From Alphaproteobacteria bacterium (GTDB lineage Bacteria > Pseudomonadota > Alphaproteobacteria > CALKHQ01): 64,000 nucleotides of DNA. Below the pieces are notes generated by a model. It worked only from the letters and a program-made list of their open reading frames with translations. It searched no databases and was not told the origin of the DNA. The position numbers were made by a program, and so were the translations under genes. Positions 1 to 11,283 of this stretch are shown one piece after another. The stretch is taken from assembly GCA_965227515.1 (NCBI GenBank), contig CBDDFZ010000001.1:3040001-3104000 (forward strand), given 5' to 3'. The first letter of the stretch is position 1, and each line of letters opens with the position of its first letter.

Positions 1-477
1 ATCGATGCCGGCCTCGGCAAAGATGTTCTTGTTCCAGTACATGACCGGAGTCGAGCTGTTGAACGGCATAGACAGCATGTTGCCGTCGGGGTCGGTGTAG
101 TAGCCGGTGACCGACGCCAGATACGCGCTGGGGTCGAACGGCTCTTCCATGTCGGCCATCAGTTGGTAGACCGGATAGATCGCGCCTTCGGCGGCCATCA
201 TCGTCGCGGTGCCAACCTCAAAGACCTGCACGATCTCAGGCTGCTCGCCGGCGCGGAAGGCGGCAATCGCCGCGTTCATGGTCTCGGTGTAGTTGCCCTT
301 GTAGACCGCGGTCACGACGAAGTCGGACTGAGTGGCATTGAAGCCGGCGGCGATCTCCTCGACCTTTTCGCCGAGCGCACCGCCCATGGCGTGCCACCAC
401 TCGATCTCGGTCTGCGCGTAAGCCTGGCCCGCGCCCATCATCGTCAGTGCCGTCGCACCGAACAGCCACTTTTGCAT
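1..477 (-). CDS. ugpB: sn-glycerol-3-phosphate ABC transporter substrate-binding protein (5' part; runs off the window edge)
   Basis: Manual translation from ATG 477: MQKWLFGATALTMMGAGQAYAQTEIEWWHAMGGALGEKV...YKGNYTETMNAAIAAFRAG...QVFEVGTATMM...SMPFNSSTPVMYWNK, which are typical UgpB motifs. GAGGAGGAGA RBS upstream. Confidence 0.9.
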   Translation of the reverse strand, partial: MQKWLFGATALTMMGAGQAYAQTEIEWWHAMGGALGEKVEEIAAGFNATQSDFVVTAVYKGNYTETMNAAIAAFRAGEQPEIVQVFEVGTATMMAAEGAIYPVYQLMADMEEPFDPSAYLASVTGYYTDPDGNMLSMPFNSSTPVMYWNKNIFAEAGID

Positions 478-549
478 GCGTCTCCTCCTCCGGGGTGTTG
501 GCGAGCACCCTAATTAGGGCACGCGCGAAGAGCCTTTTATTTCTCTTTT

Positions 550-567
550 GAGAAGGATTTATGACAG
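550..567 (-). promoter_or_regulatory. Possible PHO box upstream of ugpB
   Basis: Minus strand reads CTGTCAT-AAAT-CCTTCTC. The first half-site and spacer match the PhoB consensus and the second half-site is weak. ugp operons are classic PhoB targets. Confidence 0.4.
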
Positions 568-669
568 ACGGCGGCGCGTCTGTTAACGCCAAAACGGCCG
601 GCCGGGGCGTCACCTCAACGTGACGACCTTTGTATTGTTTCCGGCGGGTGCGGTGGCCAAAATGCAAAC

Positions 670-1653
670 ATGACGAAATGGAAACGTTGGGCGGGTGCGC
701 TCGCCGCCGGAATGGCAGCCGCGGTGCTTGCGGTGTCGGCGGCTATGGCCGGCCCGGATGGCTGGCGGCACCGCTGGCCCAACACGGACTTCACCCAGTA
801 CTCCATCGACTATCACGAGATCATCAGCGGCGGCCCGCCGAGGGACGGCATACCGTCCATCGACGATCCGACATTCGTGCCGGTCGGCGACCGCGATATC
901 GATCTGGTCGGGACCGAGCCCGTGATCGTGTTCGCGCTCGACGGCGTCGCGCGGGCTTATCCTCTGCGCATCCTGATGTTCCACGAGATCGTCAATGACG
1001 TGGTGGCCGGCCAGCCCGTTGCCGTGACCTACTGCCCGCTGTGCAATGCTTCGATCGTGTTCGACCGCACGGTGAACGGCACGGTGCTGGAGTTCGGCAC
1101 GACCGGGCTGCTGCGCAACTCCGACCTGGTGATGTACGACCGGGCGACGGAGAGCTGGTGGCAGCAGTTCGTCGGCACGGCCATCGTCGGCGAGATGACC
1201 GGCGCGGTGCTGGCCATGCTGCCGTCGCAGGTGGTGCCGTACCGCGAGTTCGCCGACCGATACCCGGACGGCGAGGTGCTGGTGCCGCCGCGCGCGACCG
1301 GGTCATACGGCCGCAACCCCTATGTCGACTACGACACCTCGTCCTGGCCGTTCCTGTTCGATGGCGACTACTACGGCGATCTGGCCCCGTTGGACTATGT
1401 GCTGAAGGTGGGCGAGCAGGCGTGGTCGCTCGCGCTGCTGCGCCAGCAGGGCACGATCCAGATCGACGGCATGACGATTCGCTGGGAGCCGGGCATGAAC
1501 TCGGCCCTCGATGCCAGCCCGATCCCGATGGGACGGGACATCGGCTATGTGTACGTCAACGGGCCGGACGGTGCGCCGGTGGTGCATGACGTGACGTTCG
1601 CCTTCGCGTTCTACGCCTTCCATCCCGACGGCACCATCCACCACATCGAGTAG
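670..1653 (+). CDS. DUF3179 family exported protein
   Basis: Signal peptide; GGPPRDGIPSIDDP, RAYPLRILMFHEIVND, VTYCPLC and GLLRNSDLVMYDRATESWWQQ motifs. Confidence 0.85.
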   Translation: MTKWKRWAGALAAGMAAAVLAVSAAMAGPDGWRHRWPNTDFTQYSIDYHEIISGGPPRDGIPSIDDPTFVPVGDRDIDLVGTEPVIVFALDGVARAYPLRILMFHEIVNDVVAGQPVAVTYCPLCNASIVFDRTVNGTVLEFGTTGLLRNSDLVMYDRATESWWQQFVGTAIVGEMTGAVLAMLPSQVVPYREFADRYPDGEVLVPPRATGSYGRNPYVDYDTSSWPFLFDGDYYGDLAPLDYVLKVGEQAWSLALLRQQGTIQIDGMTIRWEPGMNSALDASPIPMGRDIGYVYVNGPDGAPVVHDVTFAFAFYAFHPDGTIHHIE

Positions 1654-1659
1654 GCCGCC

Positions 1660-2424
1660 ATGCGCACGAACACGACCGCGCTCCAGGTGCTTTGCGGACT
1701 ATCGGCGACGGTTGGGCTTGCCGTGGGGGCCGCCATGCCCGGCTCGGCGGCGGAACCCGATCGGGTGGCGGTGGTGGAGCTGTTCACCTCGCAGAGCTGC
1801 TATTCCTGCCCGCCGGCCGAGGCCTATCTCGGCGAACTGGCGGCGCGCGACGGCGTGATCGCGCTGGAGTGGCATGTCGACTATTGGGACGACCTGGTCT
1901 ATGGCAGCCACGGGCGCTGGCAGGATCGCTTCTCCAGCGCGGCGCACACGGCCCGCCAGTCAGCCTACAACGCGGCGATTCGGGGCACCAACGGCGTCTA
2001 CACACCGCAAATGGTGATCAACGGTGCCGTCGAGGCGGTCGGTTCGCGGACCGACACCGTCGATGCCATTCTGAACGCCGCCCTGGCTGACGGGCCGGTG
2101 TTGCCGCTGACCTTGTCGGCCGAGGGCATCGGCGCGATGGCGCTGGCGCCGCAGGCGTTGCCGGCGCGCGACACCAGGCTGTGGCTGGTCACGTTCATCG
2201 AAGCCGAGGTCACGGACGTGCGCAACGGCGAGAATCACGGCAAGATTCTGGAAAACCATCACATCGTGGTCGACGTGCGCGACCTGGGTGCCTGGGATGG
2301 TGCGACTCGCATGGACATCGGCGAGATGGCGCTGCAGCCGGGTGAGGGGTGTGCGGTGCTGGCGCAGGCCGCGGGGCCGGGGCCTATCGTGGCGGCGGGC
2401 TATTGCCCGGATGCCGGGGCGTAA
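1660..2424 (+). CDS. DUF1223 family thioredoxin-like secreted protein
   Basis: Signal peptide; VVELFTSQSCYSCPPA, HVDYWD and YTPQMVING motifs. Confidence 0.88.
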   Translation: MRTNTTALQVLCGLSATVGLAVGAAMPGSAAEPDRVAVVELFTSQSCYSCPPAEAYLGELAARDGVIALEWHVDYWDDLVYGSHGRWQDRFSSAAHTARQSAYNAAIRGTNGVYTPQMVINGAVEAVGSRTDTVDAILNAALADGPVLPLTLSAEGIGAMALAPQALPARDTRLWLVTFIEAEVTDVRNGENHGKILENHHIVVDVRDLGAWDGATRMDIGEMALQPGEGCAVLAQAAGPGPIVAAGYCPDAGA

Positions 2425-2559
2425 TCCGCCCTGGGGCAGGAAGTCACTCTACGGAAATCATCAAACAATGCGGGTGCGCACCGCCCCCAGCCGGCCACGA
2501 TCGTTCGTCGTCGTGGCCGGCCAGGCGCGTATGCAGCTTAGGGTGGTCATCGCAGCGGG

Positions 2560-2775
2560 TTAGCGCTGGTAGGTGCCGGCGGCAACCGCCGAGAAGTCGG
2601 CGCGGGTGATGCCGATGTCGTCAAGGGTGCGGTCATCCAGCATGCGCAGTTCGTGCATCACGCGGTTGTACTCGCGGCGCTCATTCCACCACGCGGCAAT
2701 GTGGTGCATCAGGCCGTGCTTGACGCGGTAGGTGCCGGCGCCGGCAACATTGGTGTCGAAGGTGGTAACGGTCAT
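2560..2775 (-). CDS. DUF1127 (YjiS-like) small protein
   Basis: WW..RR....ELRMLDDRTLDDIGITRAD signature; AGGAG RBS. Confidence 0.88.
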   Translation of the reverse strand: MTVTTFDTNVAGAGTYRVKHGLMHHIAAWWNERREYNRVMHELRMLDDRTLDDIGITRADFSAVAAGTYQR

Positions 2776-2942
2776 TGGGATCTCCTATCAGTGTGCGACT
2801 GCGAACACGGCGTCGCGCCGTGGTGTCGCTCATCCAGATAAGTGCATGATCCTACAATGTCATTACCCTTAGCCCCGCGTATTGTGCGTTGCAGCATTAC
2901 GCATTTTGCAAGGCATTAACCTTGCTGTAACCAACGCGGCCG

Positions 2943-3992
2943 TCAGCCCAGTCGCACAATCTGCTTTCCGGTGTTCTGCCCGGACAGAACGCGCACCAGG
3001 GCAGCGGGCGCGTTCTCCAGTCCATCGACCACATCCTCGGCATAGCGCAGCCGCCCGTCGCGCACCAACGGGGTCAGCGCGGCCACGGCCTCCTCCAGCC
3101 GGTGGAAATGGTCCAGCACCAGGAAGCCTTCCATCCGGGCACGGTGGACCAGCAGGGCGCGGTTGTAGCGCGGGCCCATCGGGGCCGGTGCCGACGGGAT
3201 GCCGATGGTGCCGCAGACCACGATGCGGGCACGATCGTTGATCAGCTCGATGGCCGCGTCGCATTGGTCGCCGCCGACATTGTCGAAGAACACGTCGATG
3301 CCGTCGGGGCAGGCGTCCGCCAGGGCCGCGGTCAGCGCCTCCACGGAGCCGTGCTTGCGGTAGTTGATCGCCGCGTCGAACCCGAACACATCCAGGCATT
3401 GGGCGACCTTCTCATCCGATCCCGTCAGCCCGACAGTGCGGCAGCCGAGATCCTTCGCGATCTGGCCGACCGCGCTGCCCACCGCGCCAGCCGCAGTCGA
3501 TACCAGCACCGTCTCGCCGGTCTTCGGCTGGCCCACCTCCATCAGCCCGAACCAGGCGGTGGCGCCATTGATGCCGAGGGCGCCCAATGACGTGGAAATC
3601 GGCGCCACGTCAGGGTCGACCACGCGATCGACCGTCTTGCCGTCGCTGAGTGCGAATTCCTGCCAGCCGAAGCGCCCGAAGACGCATTGCCCGACTGGGT
3701 GGTCGGGGTGCCGGCTTTCCAGGACCTCGCCGACCGCAAAGCTGAACATGACGTCGCCCAGCGGCACCGGCTCGCGGTAGTTCGCGTTCTCCGCGATCCA
3801 GCCGCGCATGGCCGGGTCGATGGACAGGAACCGGTTGTGGACCACGAACTCGCCATCGCCGGGCGTGGGCCGCGCTCGGGTCTCCAGGGCGAACAGATTT
3901 GTCGTCACGGCCCCTTGCGGCCGTGCCCGCAGCACGACGCACGCATTGCCGTCAGGCTTGGTCATAGAAGTGGTCTCCGTTGCCGCGGCCAT
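2943..3992 (-). CDS. NADP-dependent oxidoreductase (CurA/prostaglandin reductase-like MDR family)
   Basis: LSIDPAMRGW, VSTAAGAVGSAVGQIAK, FFDNVGG and GQNTGKQIV motifs. The start may be ATG 3965. Confidence 0.9.
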   Translation of the reverse strand: MAAATETTSMTKPDGNACVVLRARPQGAVTTNLFALETRARPTPGDGEFVVHNRFLSIDPAMRGWIAENANYREPVPLGDVMFSFAVGEVLESRHPDHPVGQCVFGRFGWQEFALSDGKTVDRVVDPDVAPISTSLGALGINGATAWFGLMEVGQPKTGETVLVSTAAGAVGSAVGQIAKDLGCRTVGLTGSDEKVAQCLDVFGFDAAINYRKHGSVEALTAALADACPDGIDVFFDNVGGDQCDAAIELINDRARIVVCGTIGIPSAPAPMGPRYNRALLVHRARMEGFLVLDHFHRLEEAVAALTPLVRDGRLRYAEDVVDGLENAPAALVRVLSGQNTGKQIVRLG

Positions 3993-4008
3993 CGCGGGCG
4001 TTCCGTGA

Positions 4009-4024
4009 CGTGACGGTTGTCACC
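4009..4024. promoter_or_regulatory. CRP-like palindrome CGTGA-CGGTTG-TCACC
   Basis: GTGAC-N4-GTCAC inverted repeat in a divergent intergenic region. A -10-like GCTATTAAC at 4045-4053 lies about 30 bp downstream of the site centre (class II CRP geometry toward the 4151 ORF). Confidence 0.5.
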
Positions 4025-4150
4025 GCGATTGCAGTTGTGATCGTGCTATTAACCCTCCCGCTGCGATCGAAGATTAGTATGTCGCAGAGGAGATGTGGGT
4101 TATCCCAGCTTCGAAGCGACATACAGGGCGGAACGGAAAGAGGAAAGACA

Positions 4151-5011
4151 ATGGCGGGCAAAGGCGACATTTATTGGGAAGCCATTCAGAAGCAGATGAT
4201 GAATGCCATCGGCGGCAATGACGAGCCGGTCAGCACCGACGATGCATTCTGGGCCGTCATGGATGTTACGGCGGCCATCTGCGATGGCGCGAGCGACATT
4301 CCGATTGTCGGCATTGTTTCGGGCGCGGTGGGCGCGCTTTACGGCGCGATGAAGGACGCCAAGCCGGAAATGGTGCCGAACCCGTGGTTCATCTGGAACG
4401 GCCACGACGAGCCCAGCTATGCCTACACCAAGAAGTACCTGCGCAACCGCAACCTGAAGAACCTGGCGTCCGGCCTGCTGGGCAGCGCCGGTAGTGCCGG
4501 CAGCATAGCGACCCAGGTCGACGTTGCCGGCATCATGATTCACGGCAACGCGGTGGCCTCCACGGCGATGCACATGATCAAGCTGAAGGCCATCGGCGCC
4601 GGCTACAAGCGGTCGGAAACGATCACGTCGTGGGTCGACCTGCTGATGAAGATGAAGGCGTTCAAGGCCGGCATTCGCGGCACCCAGTTCGCCGGGGCCG
4701 CCATTCCCATCGGCGCCATCGGCATCACCACTGGCGTCATCGCGGCGGGCGTCAAGCTCGGGGTCAAGCTGACCCAGACCAAGGCATGCCTGGCAACCGC
4801 GTCGGCCCTGCACTGGCGCGCCTATCAGGAGCAGGCGATCAGCGGCGGCCTGCTGGGCAAACGCGGCCAGGTCGGCCCGGCCAGCAAGATCCTCTACGAG
4901 ATCTTCGAGAAGCGCGGCGCCACGCGCATCTTCGGCAAGTACGAGGTGGACAAGATCATCAAGGAGCCGTCGGGCTGGATGTGCGTCAACGACAAGCTGA
5001 TGCTGATCTGA
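4151..5011 (+). CDS. Hypothetical protein, Lys- and Gly/Ala-rich with hydrophobic segments
   Basis: AGAGGAAAG RBS before ATG 4151 (MAGKGDIYWEAIQKQ...), coding-like GC3 usage, about 286 aa, no recognisable family. Confidence 0.75.
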   Translation: MAGKGDIYWEAIQKQMMNAIGGNDEPVSTDDAFWAVMDVTAAICDGASDIPIVGIVSGAVGALYGAMKDAKPEMVPNPWFIWNGHDEPSYAYTKKYLRNRNLKNLASGLLGSAGSAGSIATQVDVAGIMIHGNAVASTAMHMIKLKAIGAGYKRSETITSWVDLLMKMKAFKAGIRGTQFAGAAIPIGAIGITTGVIAAGVKLGVKLTQTKACLATASALHWRAYQEQAISGGLLGKRGQVGPASKILYEIFEKRGATRIFGKYEVDKIIKEPSGWMCVNDKLMLI

Positions 5012-5025
5012 TCTGCGAATGCACT

Positions 5026-5306
5026 GTCGCCCTCGGGTTTATCCCGAGGGCATGCCTACCACCTACCAGCCCAACATCGTCATCCTCGGGCTTGTCCCTA
5101 TCGGACTCACACATATCGCCAATACACAATTGTCGTCCTCGCCCTTGTGGCGAGGACCCATGTGTGTCCAGTACTCAGTAGGTTGAGGTCAGCCGGCAAC
5201 TGAAACGGCGATTGGCCATAGGCGATGGGCCGCCCGGACAACCTCAATCGGCACTGGCCCAGACCGCCCCGCAAATGGGCCCTCGCGACGAGCGCGAGGG
5301 CGGCGA
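5026..5306. repeat. REP/REPIN-like palindromic repeat cluster
   Basis: GTCGCCCTCGGG-TTTAT-CCCGAGGGC (5026), GTCATCCTCGGGCTTGTCCC (5079), TGTCGTCCTCGCCCTTGTGGCGAGGACCCAT (5131) and its inverted partner ATGGGCCCTCGCGACGAGCGCGAGGGCGGCG (5275). Related to the copies at 33.7 kb and 59.7 kb. Confidence 0.75.
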
Positions 5307-5352
5307 AGGAGGGCTGTTTGGCAGTAGCGTCGCCGCGCTACTCGTTCGATCG

Positions 5353-6945
<1,593 letters not shown>

Positions 6946-7082
6946 TCATCGCGAGCGTGCGGTAACACGCGCGGCGATCCAGGCGATTGCGGTGACCTCA
7001 CCGAGAGGAGTACTGGATTGCCGCGTCGCGCCTGACAGGCGCTCCTCGCAATGACGACAATGATAATCGGAACCGGTGCCCC

Positions 7083-7466
7083 TCAGGCCGAGACCTGGAT
7101 GTACCCCCGCTCGATCACCCGCTCCAGGGCCTCGTAGGCGCCGCGCAACTCGTCATAGGCTTGGCGGGCGTGGGTGAGGGCGTCCAGCGTTTCGGCGTTC
7201 GGCACGCCAGTGGAGGCAGAAATCTCAAGCGCCTTGGCCAGATAGACCGCCCGCAGTTCGGCGATCCGCACCGCCATGCGGGTCAGCGCGTCGCGGTCGA
7301 AGCCGGGCAGCTTGCGGCGCAGGATCTCCTGGTTCGCCGACATGATGGTGCGGTCCAGTTCCTCGCGCAGGCGCAACAGGCCCTGGCGGCGCTGCTTGTC
7401 CAATTCGTCGGTCGTGGACAACCGGTCGATCTTGCGGGTCTCGACCATTCCCGAATAGCGGCTCAT
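7083..7466 (-). CDS. Hypothetical helical protein
   Basis: 127-aa ORF with GGAG RBS and coding-like composition; no recognised motif. Confidence 0.7.
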   Translation of the reverse strand: MSRYSGMVETRKIDRLSTTDELDKQRRQGLLRLREELDRTIMSANQEILRRKLPGFDRDALTRMAVRIAELRAVYLAKALEISASTGVPNAETLDALTHARQAYDELRGAYEALERVIERGYIQVSA

Positions 7467-7579
7467 GCCACGGTCTCCAAGGGGCGCTTCGACGGAACGG
7501 AAGCGCCGCCATGGTGGCGGAGTCAGCCTTAATATCCGGTTAGCCGACCGCCGGACTCACCCACTGGGCGTTGCCGGTC

Positions 7580-8686
7580 TTACGGGAAGTAGAAGCTGCC
7601 GTCCCAACTGCCATAGCTGTCGGAAGACACACCATTCTGCACCGAGGCGTCATAGGACCCCTGGCCCGCCGCCGGCACGGCCGTGATCACACCGCCGGCC
7701 AAGCCGACGACACCGGCATGCAGCGCCGCGGTGCACAGGCTGGAATCGTCGGTGTAGATGCCGCTGCCCCAGACCGCGCCGCCGAAGGTGTCCGGCGCAC
7801 AATGGCAGGTCAGCGGCGCCGAGGTGCCGCGCAGCTCCATCATGTTGCCGGGGCACGCCTTGGCGTCTGCGTCGGTCAGCAACTCGGCGGGCACGTCGAC
7901 ATTGGGGAAGACATAGCTCCAGTTGAAGGCGGGATAGTCGGCGCTGACGACCCCGTTGCTCTCTGTCCCCTGGTAGCTGTCCTGCCCCGGCGCGCCCTTC
8001 ACCACGATCATGCCGCCGCCGGGGCCGACGGCGCCGGCATGCAGGGCCGCGGCGCACAGCGGTGAATCGTGGGTGTAGGTGCCGGTGCCCCATACGGTGC
8101 CGGTCATGGCATCGGGGGCGCAGTAGCAGATGATGGTCAGTGTGGAGTCGACATGCGCCCCGAAAGTCGCCGGGCAGACGGCGTTCGTATCCAGCGCCAC
8201 GATGCTGCCAACCGGCGGGCCGCTGGGCGGCACCGAGACCGCCGGGCCCGGCAGACCGCCGCCATCGGCCAGGCAGTCGCCGACATACCAGCGCAGGCCC
8301 TGCAGGCCGGCACCGTTGAAATTGGGATTGCTCCAGTCCGGGAATTGCTGCTCGTCGGTGTAGAAGCCCCACATCCAGCGGTGCTTGTCGGCGCCGTACT
8401 GGGCCCAATTGTCCGGCTCGAAATTGGAGAAGATGCCACCGGCGGCGAACAGGCCGTACTGATTGATCCGCCAGGGCTTGCGGCCATTGAACTCGGTGTC
8501 GCCGTTGTAGGCGTTGAGGGTGGATGCGGCGTAGTCGATCCACTCGTCGATACAGGCGCGGCCCGTGTCGGTTTCCCAGGCGTCCTGTGCGCTGGACGGT
8601 GCAGCAGACAGCGCAAGAAACCCGGCCCCGAGCACGCCGGCAAGCCAAGGTAATGCGCGGTGCGGTTTGGTTTCGCCTGTCCTCAT
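7580..8686 (-). CDS. Secreted protein with two LCCL domains
   Basis: Signal peptide, plus two copies of C.C....VWG(T/S)G.YT.DS.LC.AALHAG.....GG.I.....GQ.SY.....NGV.S..Y. Confidence 0.85.
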   Translation of the reverse strand: MRTGETKPHRALPWLAGVLGAGFLALSAAPSSAQDAWETDTGRACIDEWIDYAASTLNAYNGDTEFNGRKPWRINQYGLFAAGGIFSNFEPDNWAQYGADKHRWMWGFYTDEQQFPDWSNPNFNGAGLQGLRWYVGDCLADGGGLPGPAVSVPPSGPPVGSIVALDTNAVCPATFGAHVDSTLTIICYCAPDAMTGTVWGTGTYTHDSPLCAAALHAGAVGPGGGMIVVKGAPGQDSYQGTESNGVVSADYPAFNWSYVFPNVDVPAELLTDADAKACPGNMMELRGTSAPLTCHCAPDTFGGAVWGSGIYTDDSSLCTAALHAGVVGLAGGVITAVPAAGQGSYDASVQNGVSSDSYGSWDGSFYFP

Positions 8687-8734
8687 GATCCCCCTCCGGA
8701 ATGGTCGTTGCCGGGCCGGCTCGAATGAGAACGG

Positions 8735-10726
8735 TTATACCAAATCCACGTCCGACACGATCTCCACGATGGCCGGGCCGTCATAAGCCAGTGCCTCTTG
8801 GATCGCCTCGTCCAGGTCCCCGGCCTTCGTCACCCGCCGGCCGTGGCCGCCGCACAACCGGGCGTAGGAGGCGAAGCTGGGGTTGTGCAGGCTGGTCTGC
8901 CACACCTGCCATTGCCCGGCGCGCTGTTCCTTGGAGATCTTCCCGAGTTCGCTGTTGTTGAGCAGGATGTGGGTGATGTCCATGCCGTACTTCACGGCGG
9001 TGGTGAACTCGCCCATGTACTGGCCGAAGCCGCCGTCGCCGCTGACCGACACCACCTTGCGGCCGGCCAGGTCGGGGATGTCGCGGGTCGCCGCCCAGGC
9101 GCCCATCGCGGCGGGGAAGCCGAAGCCGATGGAGCCGAGGTAGCCGGACATCATCACCGCCTGGCCGGCGCATTCGAAATAGCGGCCGAACGAGTAGGTG
9201 TTGTTGCCGACGTCGACCGCGATCACCGCGTCGTCGGGCACCTGGCGGGTCATGGCAGCGAAGACGGCAGCGGACGCGATGCCCTTGCCGCGGTCCTCGT
9301 CGATCCGCTTGGCCTTTTCCGCGCGCCACTCGGCCCAGCGCGCGGCGATCTCTTCGCGCTGGTTGACGGCGTCGGGCCGCGCCGGCAGGCGCTCGCGCAT
9401 CAGGGTGGCGGTCACCGCCACGTCGCCCCACACCGGCACCGCCACCGGGTGGAACTTGCCCAGGTGCATGCGATCGAAGTCGACCTGGACGATGGGCTTC
9501 GACGGCTCGATGCCGGTGTGGTTGGAGAACGAGGACCCGAACGCCAGGATCAGGTCGCACTCGTTCATGAACCAACTGGCGATGGGCGTGCCGGAGCGGC
9601 CGAGCACGCCGGCGGCGAGCGGATGGGTGTCGGCGATCTGGCCCTTGGCCTTGAACGTGGTCAGCACCGGCGCGTCCAGCGCCTCGGCCAGTGCCACCAC
9701 GTCGGCCATGCCCTCCTTGGCGCCGTAGCCGACGATGACGATGGGGCGCTTGGCGCCCGCAATCGCCGCCATGGCGTCGTCCAGCGCCTCGGCGGGCGGC
9801 GAGATCGCGGGTGCGGCCACCCGCCCGCCGGGGCCGGAGGCCTTGGCGCCCTCCGCCCGTGGGATGGTCTGCACGTCGTCGGGGAAGATCAGGTGCGCGA
9901 CATCGCGCTCCACCACCGCGTTCTTCGCCGCCAGCGTCATCAGCTCGGCGTGGTTGGAGGTGTGGAGCACGGTCTGGCTGAACCGGCTGACCGCCGCGAA
10001 CGCCGAGGCGAGGTCGATCTCCTGGAACGCGCCGGGCCCGAACACCTGCACGTTGACCTGGCCGGTCAGCGCCAGCACCGGCGCGCGGTCGACCTTGGCG
10101 TCCCACAAGCCGGTCAGCAGGTTGGTGGCGCCGGGGCCGGCAATCGCCAGGCAGGCCGCCGGCTTGCCGGAGAGCTTGGCGTAGCCGGAACAGGCAAAAG
10201 ACGCAGCACCCTCGTGACGGATGCCGATGAACTCCAGATTGCCCTTGGTCTCCTGCACCCGCAGCGCATCGGCCAGCCCCAGATTGGAGTGGCCGACCAT
10301 GCCGAACACGCGCTTGACGCCCCAGTTGACCATGGTTTCGGCCATCACGTCGCTGATGGTCGCGGTGCGCTCCGGCTCCGCCTCGACGCCGACATAGATG
10401 CCGTCGTCGCGAACCTCGACCGGGTACATCTCCTGGCCGGTGTCCTCATGGCCGCCGGGCGGCAGGCCGGTCAGCGGATCGAAGTCCCAGCCGTGCCAGG
10501 GGCAGCGCAGCCAGCACTTGCCCTCCACACCGGTCTCAATCGAGCCTTCGCCCAGCGGACCGCCCTGGTGCGGGCAGCGGTTGTCCATCGCCGCGTACTG
10601 GCCCTGGAAGTGGGTGAGGGCGACGCTGACGCTGCCGGCGACGGCGGTCTTGACCCGGCCCTCGGCCAGTTCGCCCGGCTCCGCCACCTTGTGCCAGTCC
10701 CGATCAGGCGCGGCTGTGTCGGACAT
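8735..10726 (-). CDS. Thiamine-diphosphate enzyme (pyruvate oxidase/acetolactate synthase family) with N-terminal Rieske domain
   Basis: CPHQGGPL...CPWHGW Rieske ligands; RHEGAA, GPGATN and the GDGG...LNN ThDP motif. Confidence 0.9.
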   Translation of the reverse strand: MSDTAAPDRDWHKVAEPGELAEGRVKTAVAGSVSVALTHFQGQYAAMDNRCPHQGGPLGEGSIETGVEGKCWLRCPWHGWDFDPLTGLPPGGHEDTGQEMYPVEVRDDGIYVGVEAEPERTATISDVMAETMVNWGVKRVFGMVGHSNLGLADALRVQETKGNLEFIGIRHEGAASFACSGYAKLSGKPAACLAIAGPGATNLLTGLWDAKVDRAPVLALTGQVNVQVFGPGAFQEIDLASAFAAVSRFSQTVLHTSNHAELMTLAAKNAVVERDVAHLIFPDDVQTIPRAEGAKASGPGGRVAAPAISPPAEALDDAMAAIAGAKRPIVIVGYGAKEGMADVVALAEALDAPVLTTFKAKGQIADTHPLAAGVLGRSGTPIASWFMNECDLILAFGSSFSNHTGIEPSKPIVQVDFDRMHLGKFHPVAVPVWGDVAVTATLMRERLPARPDAVNQREEIAARWAEWRAEKAKRIDEDRGKGIASAAVFAAMTRQVPDDAVIAVDVGNNTYSFGRYFECAGQAVMMSGYLGSIGFGFPAAMGAWAATRDIPDLAGRKVVSVSGDGGFGQYMGEFTTAVKYGMDITHILLNNSELGKISKEQRAGQWQVWQTSLHNPSFASYARLCGGHGRRVTKAGDLDEAIQEALAYDGPAIVEIVSDVDLV

Positions 10727-10888
10727 GCTGCCTCCTTTTGCACTTTGCCAGAATATTTGACATTACTGGATCGTGGCGGGCGCGAAAGCCCCTCACAATG
10801 ACTTAACCATTTCGTGGCCTTCCGCCGCGCCGTGCAACCGCTTATTCTGCGCGATGCATCGCCCCAACTCCGGCACCATTCCCTACAG

Positions 10889-11122
10889 ATGACCGCGGCC
10901 GAGATCATCGTCGAAATTGTAGTCTGGTATGGCTATGCCGGTTGCGCCGTCGCGGCCGCATTCCTGCTGGTCGGCATCGACCGGATCGATCCGGGGGCGG
11001 GCGGTGCCTATCTGTTCCGCGTGCTGTTGGCGCCTGGCGTGATCGTGCTCTGGCCGCTGGTGCTGTGGATCTGGCTGCGGCGCGAGATGTCCGGGCGCCC
11101 CGCATCCGACGAGACCGCCTGA
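10889..11122 (+). CDS. Small membrane protein
   Basis: MTAAEIIVEIVVWYGYAG...LLAPGVIVLWPLVLWIW with two hydrophobic segments. Its stop overlaps the next ATG (TGATG). Confidence 0.7.
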   Translation: MTAAEIIVEIVVWYGYAGCAVAAAFLLVGIDRIDPGAGGAYLFRVLLAPGVIVLWPLVLWIWLRREMSGRPASDETA

Positions 11123-11280
11123 TGCAACGACGCCACCGCGTGGCGCACAGGCGCGCCTGGCTGCTGATCGCGGTCGTGCTGCCGGTGCTGTTCGTGCTTG
11201 CCCTGGCGGTGCGGCCGGACCTGCCGGTGGACGAGGACGCCCAGCAGTTTCGTGCTCAGCACATGGACGGCGAGGGCTAG
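11122..11280 (+). CDS. Small single-pass membrane protein
   Basis: MQRRHRVAHRRAWLLIAVVLPVLFVLALAVRP; translationally coupled to the upstream gene and 3 bp from the downstream one. Confidence 0.65.
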   Translation: MQRRHRVAHRRAWLLIAVVLPVLFVLALAVRPDLPVDEDAQQFRAQHMDGEG

Positions 11281-11283
11281 CCG

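Noticed and set aside
608-625. Palindrome CGTCAC-N6-GTGACG
   Set aside because: Half-sites are in the reverse order to the CRP box, so it is not counted with the CRP-like sites. It may be another operator, but I cannot support that.
2425-2559. Cuckoo/CcsR-type sRNAs downstream of the DUF1127 gene
   Set aside because: No CCUCCUCCC loops; only one GC hairpin (about 2489-2522), probably a terminator between convergent genes.
5026-5306. CRISPR array
   Set aside because: The repeats are degenerate, inverted and irregularly spaced, with no cas genes. They are REP-like.
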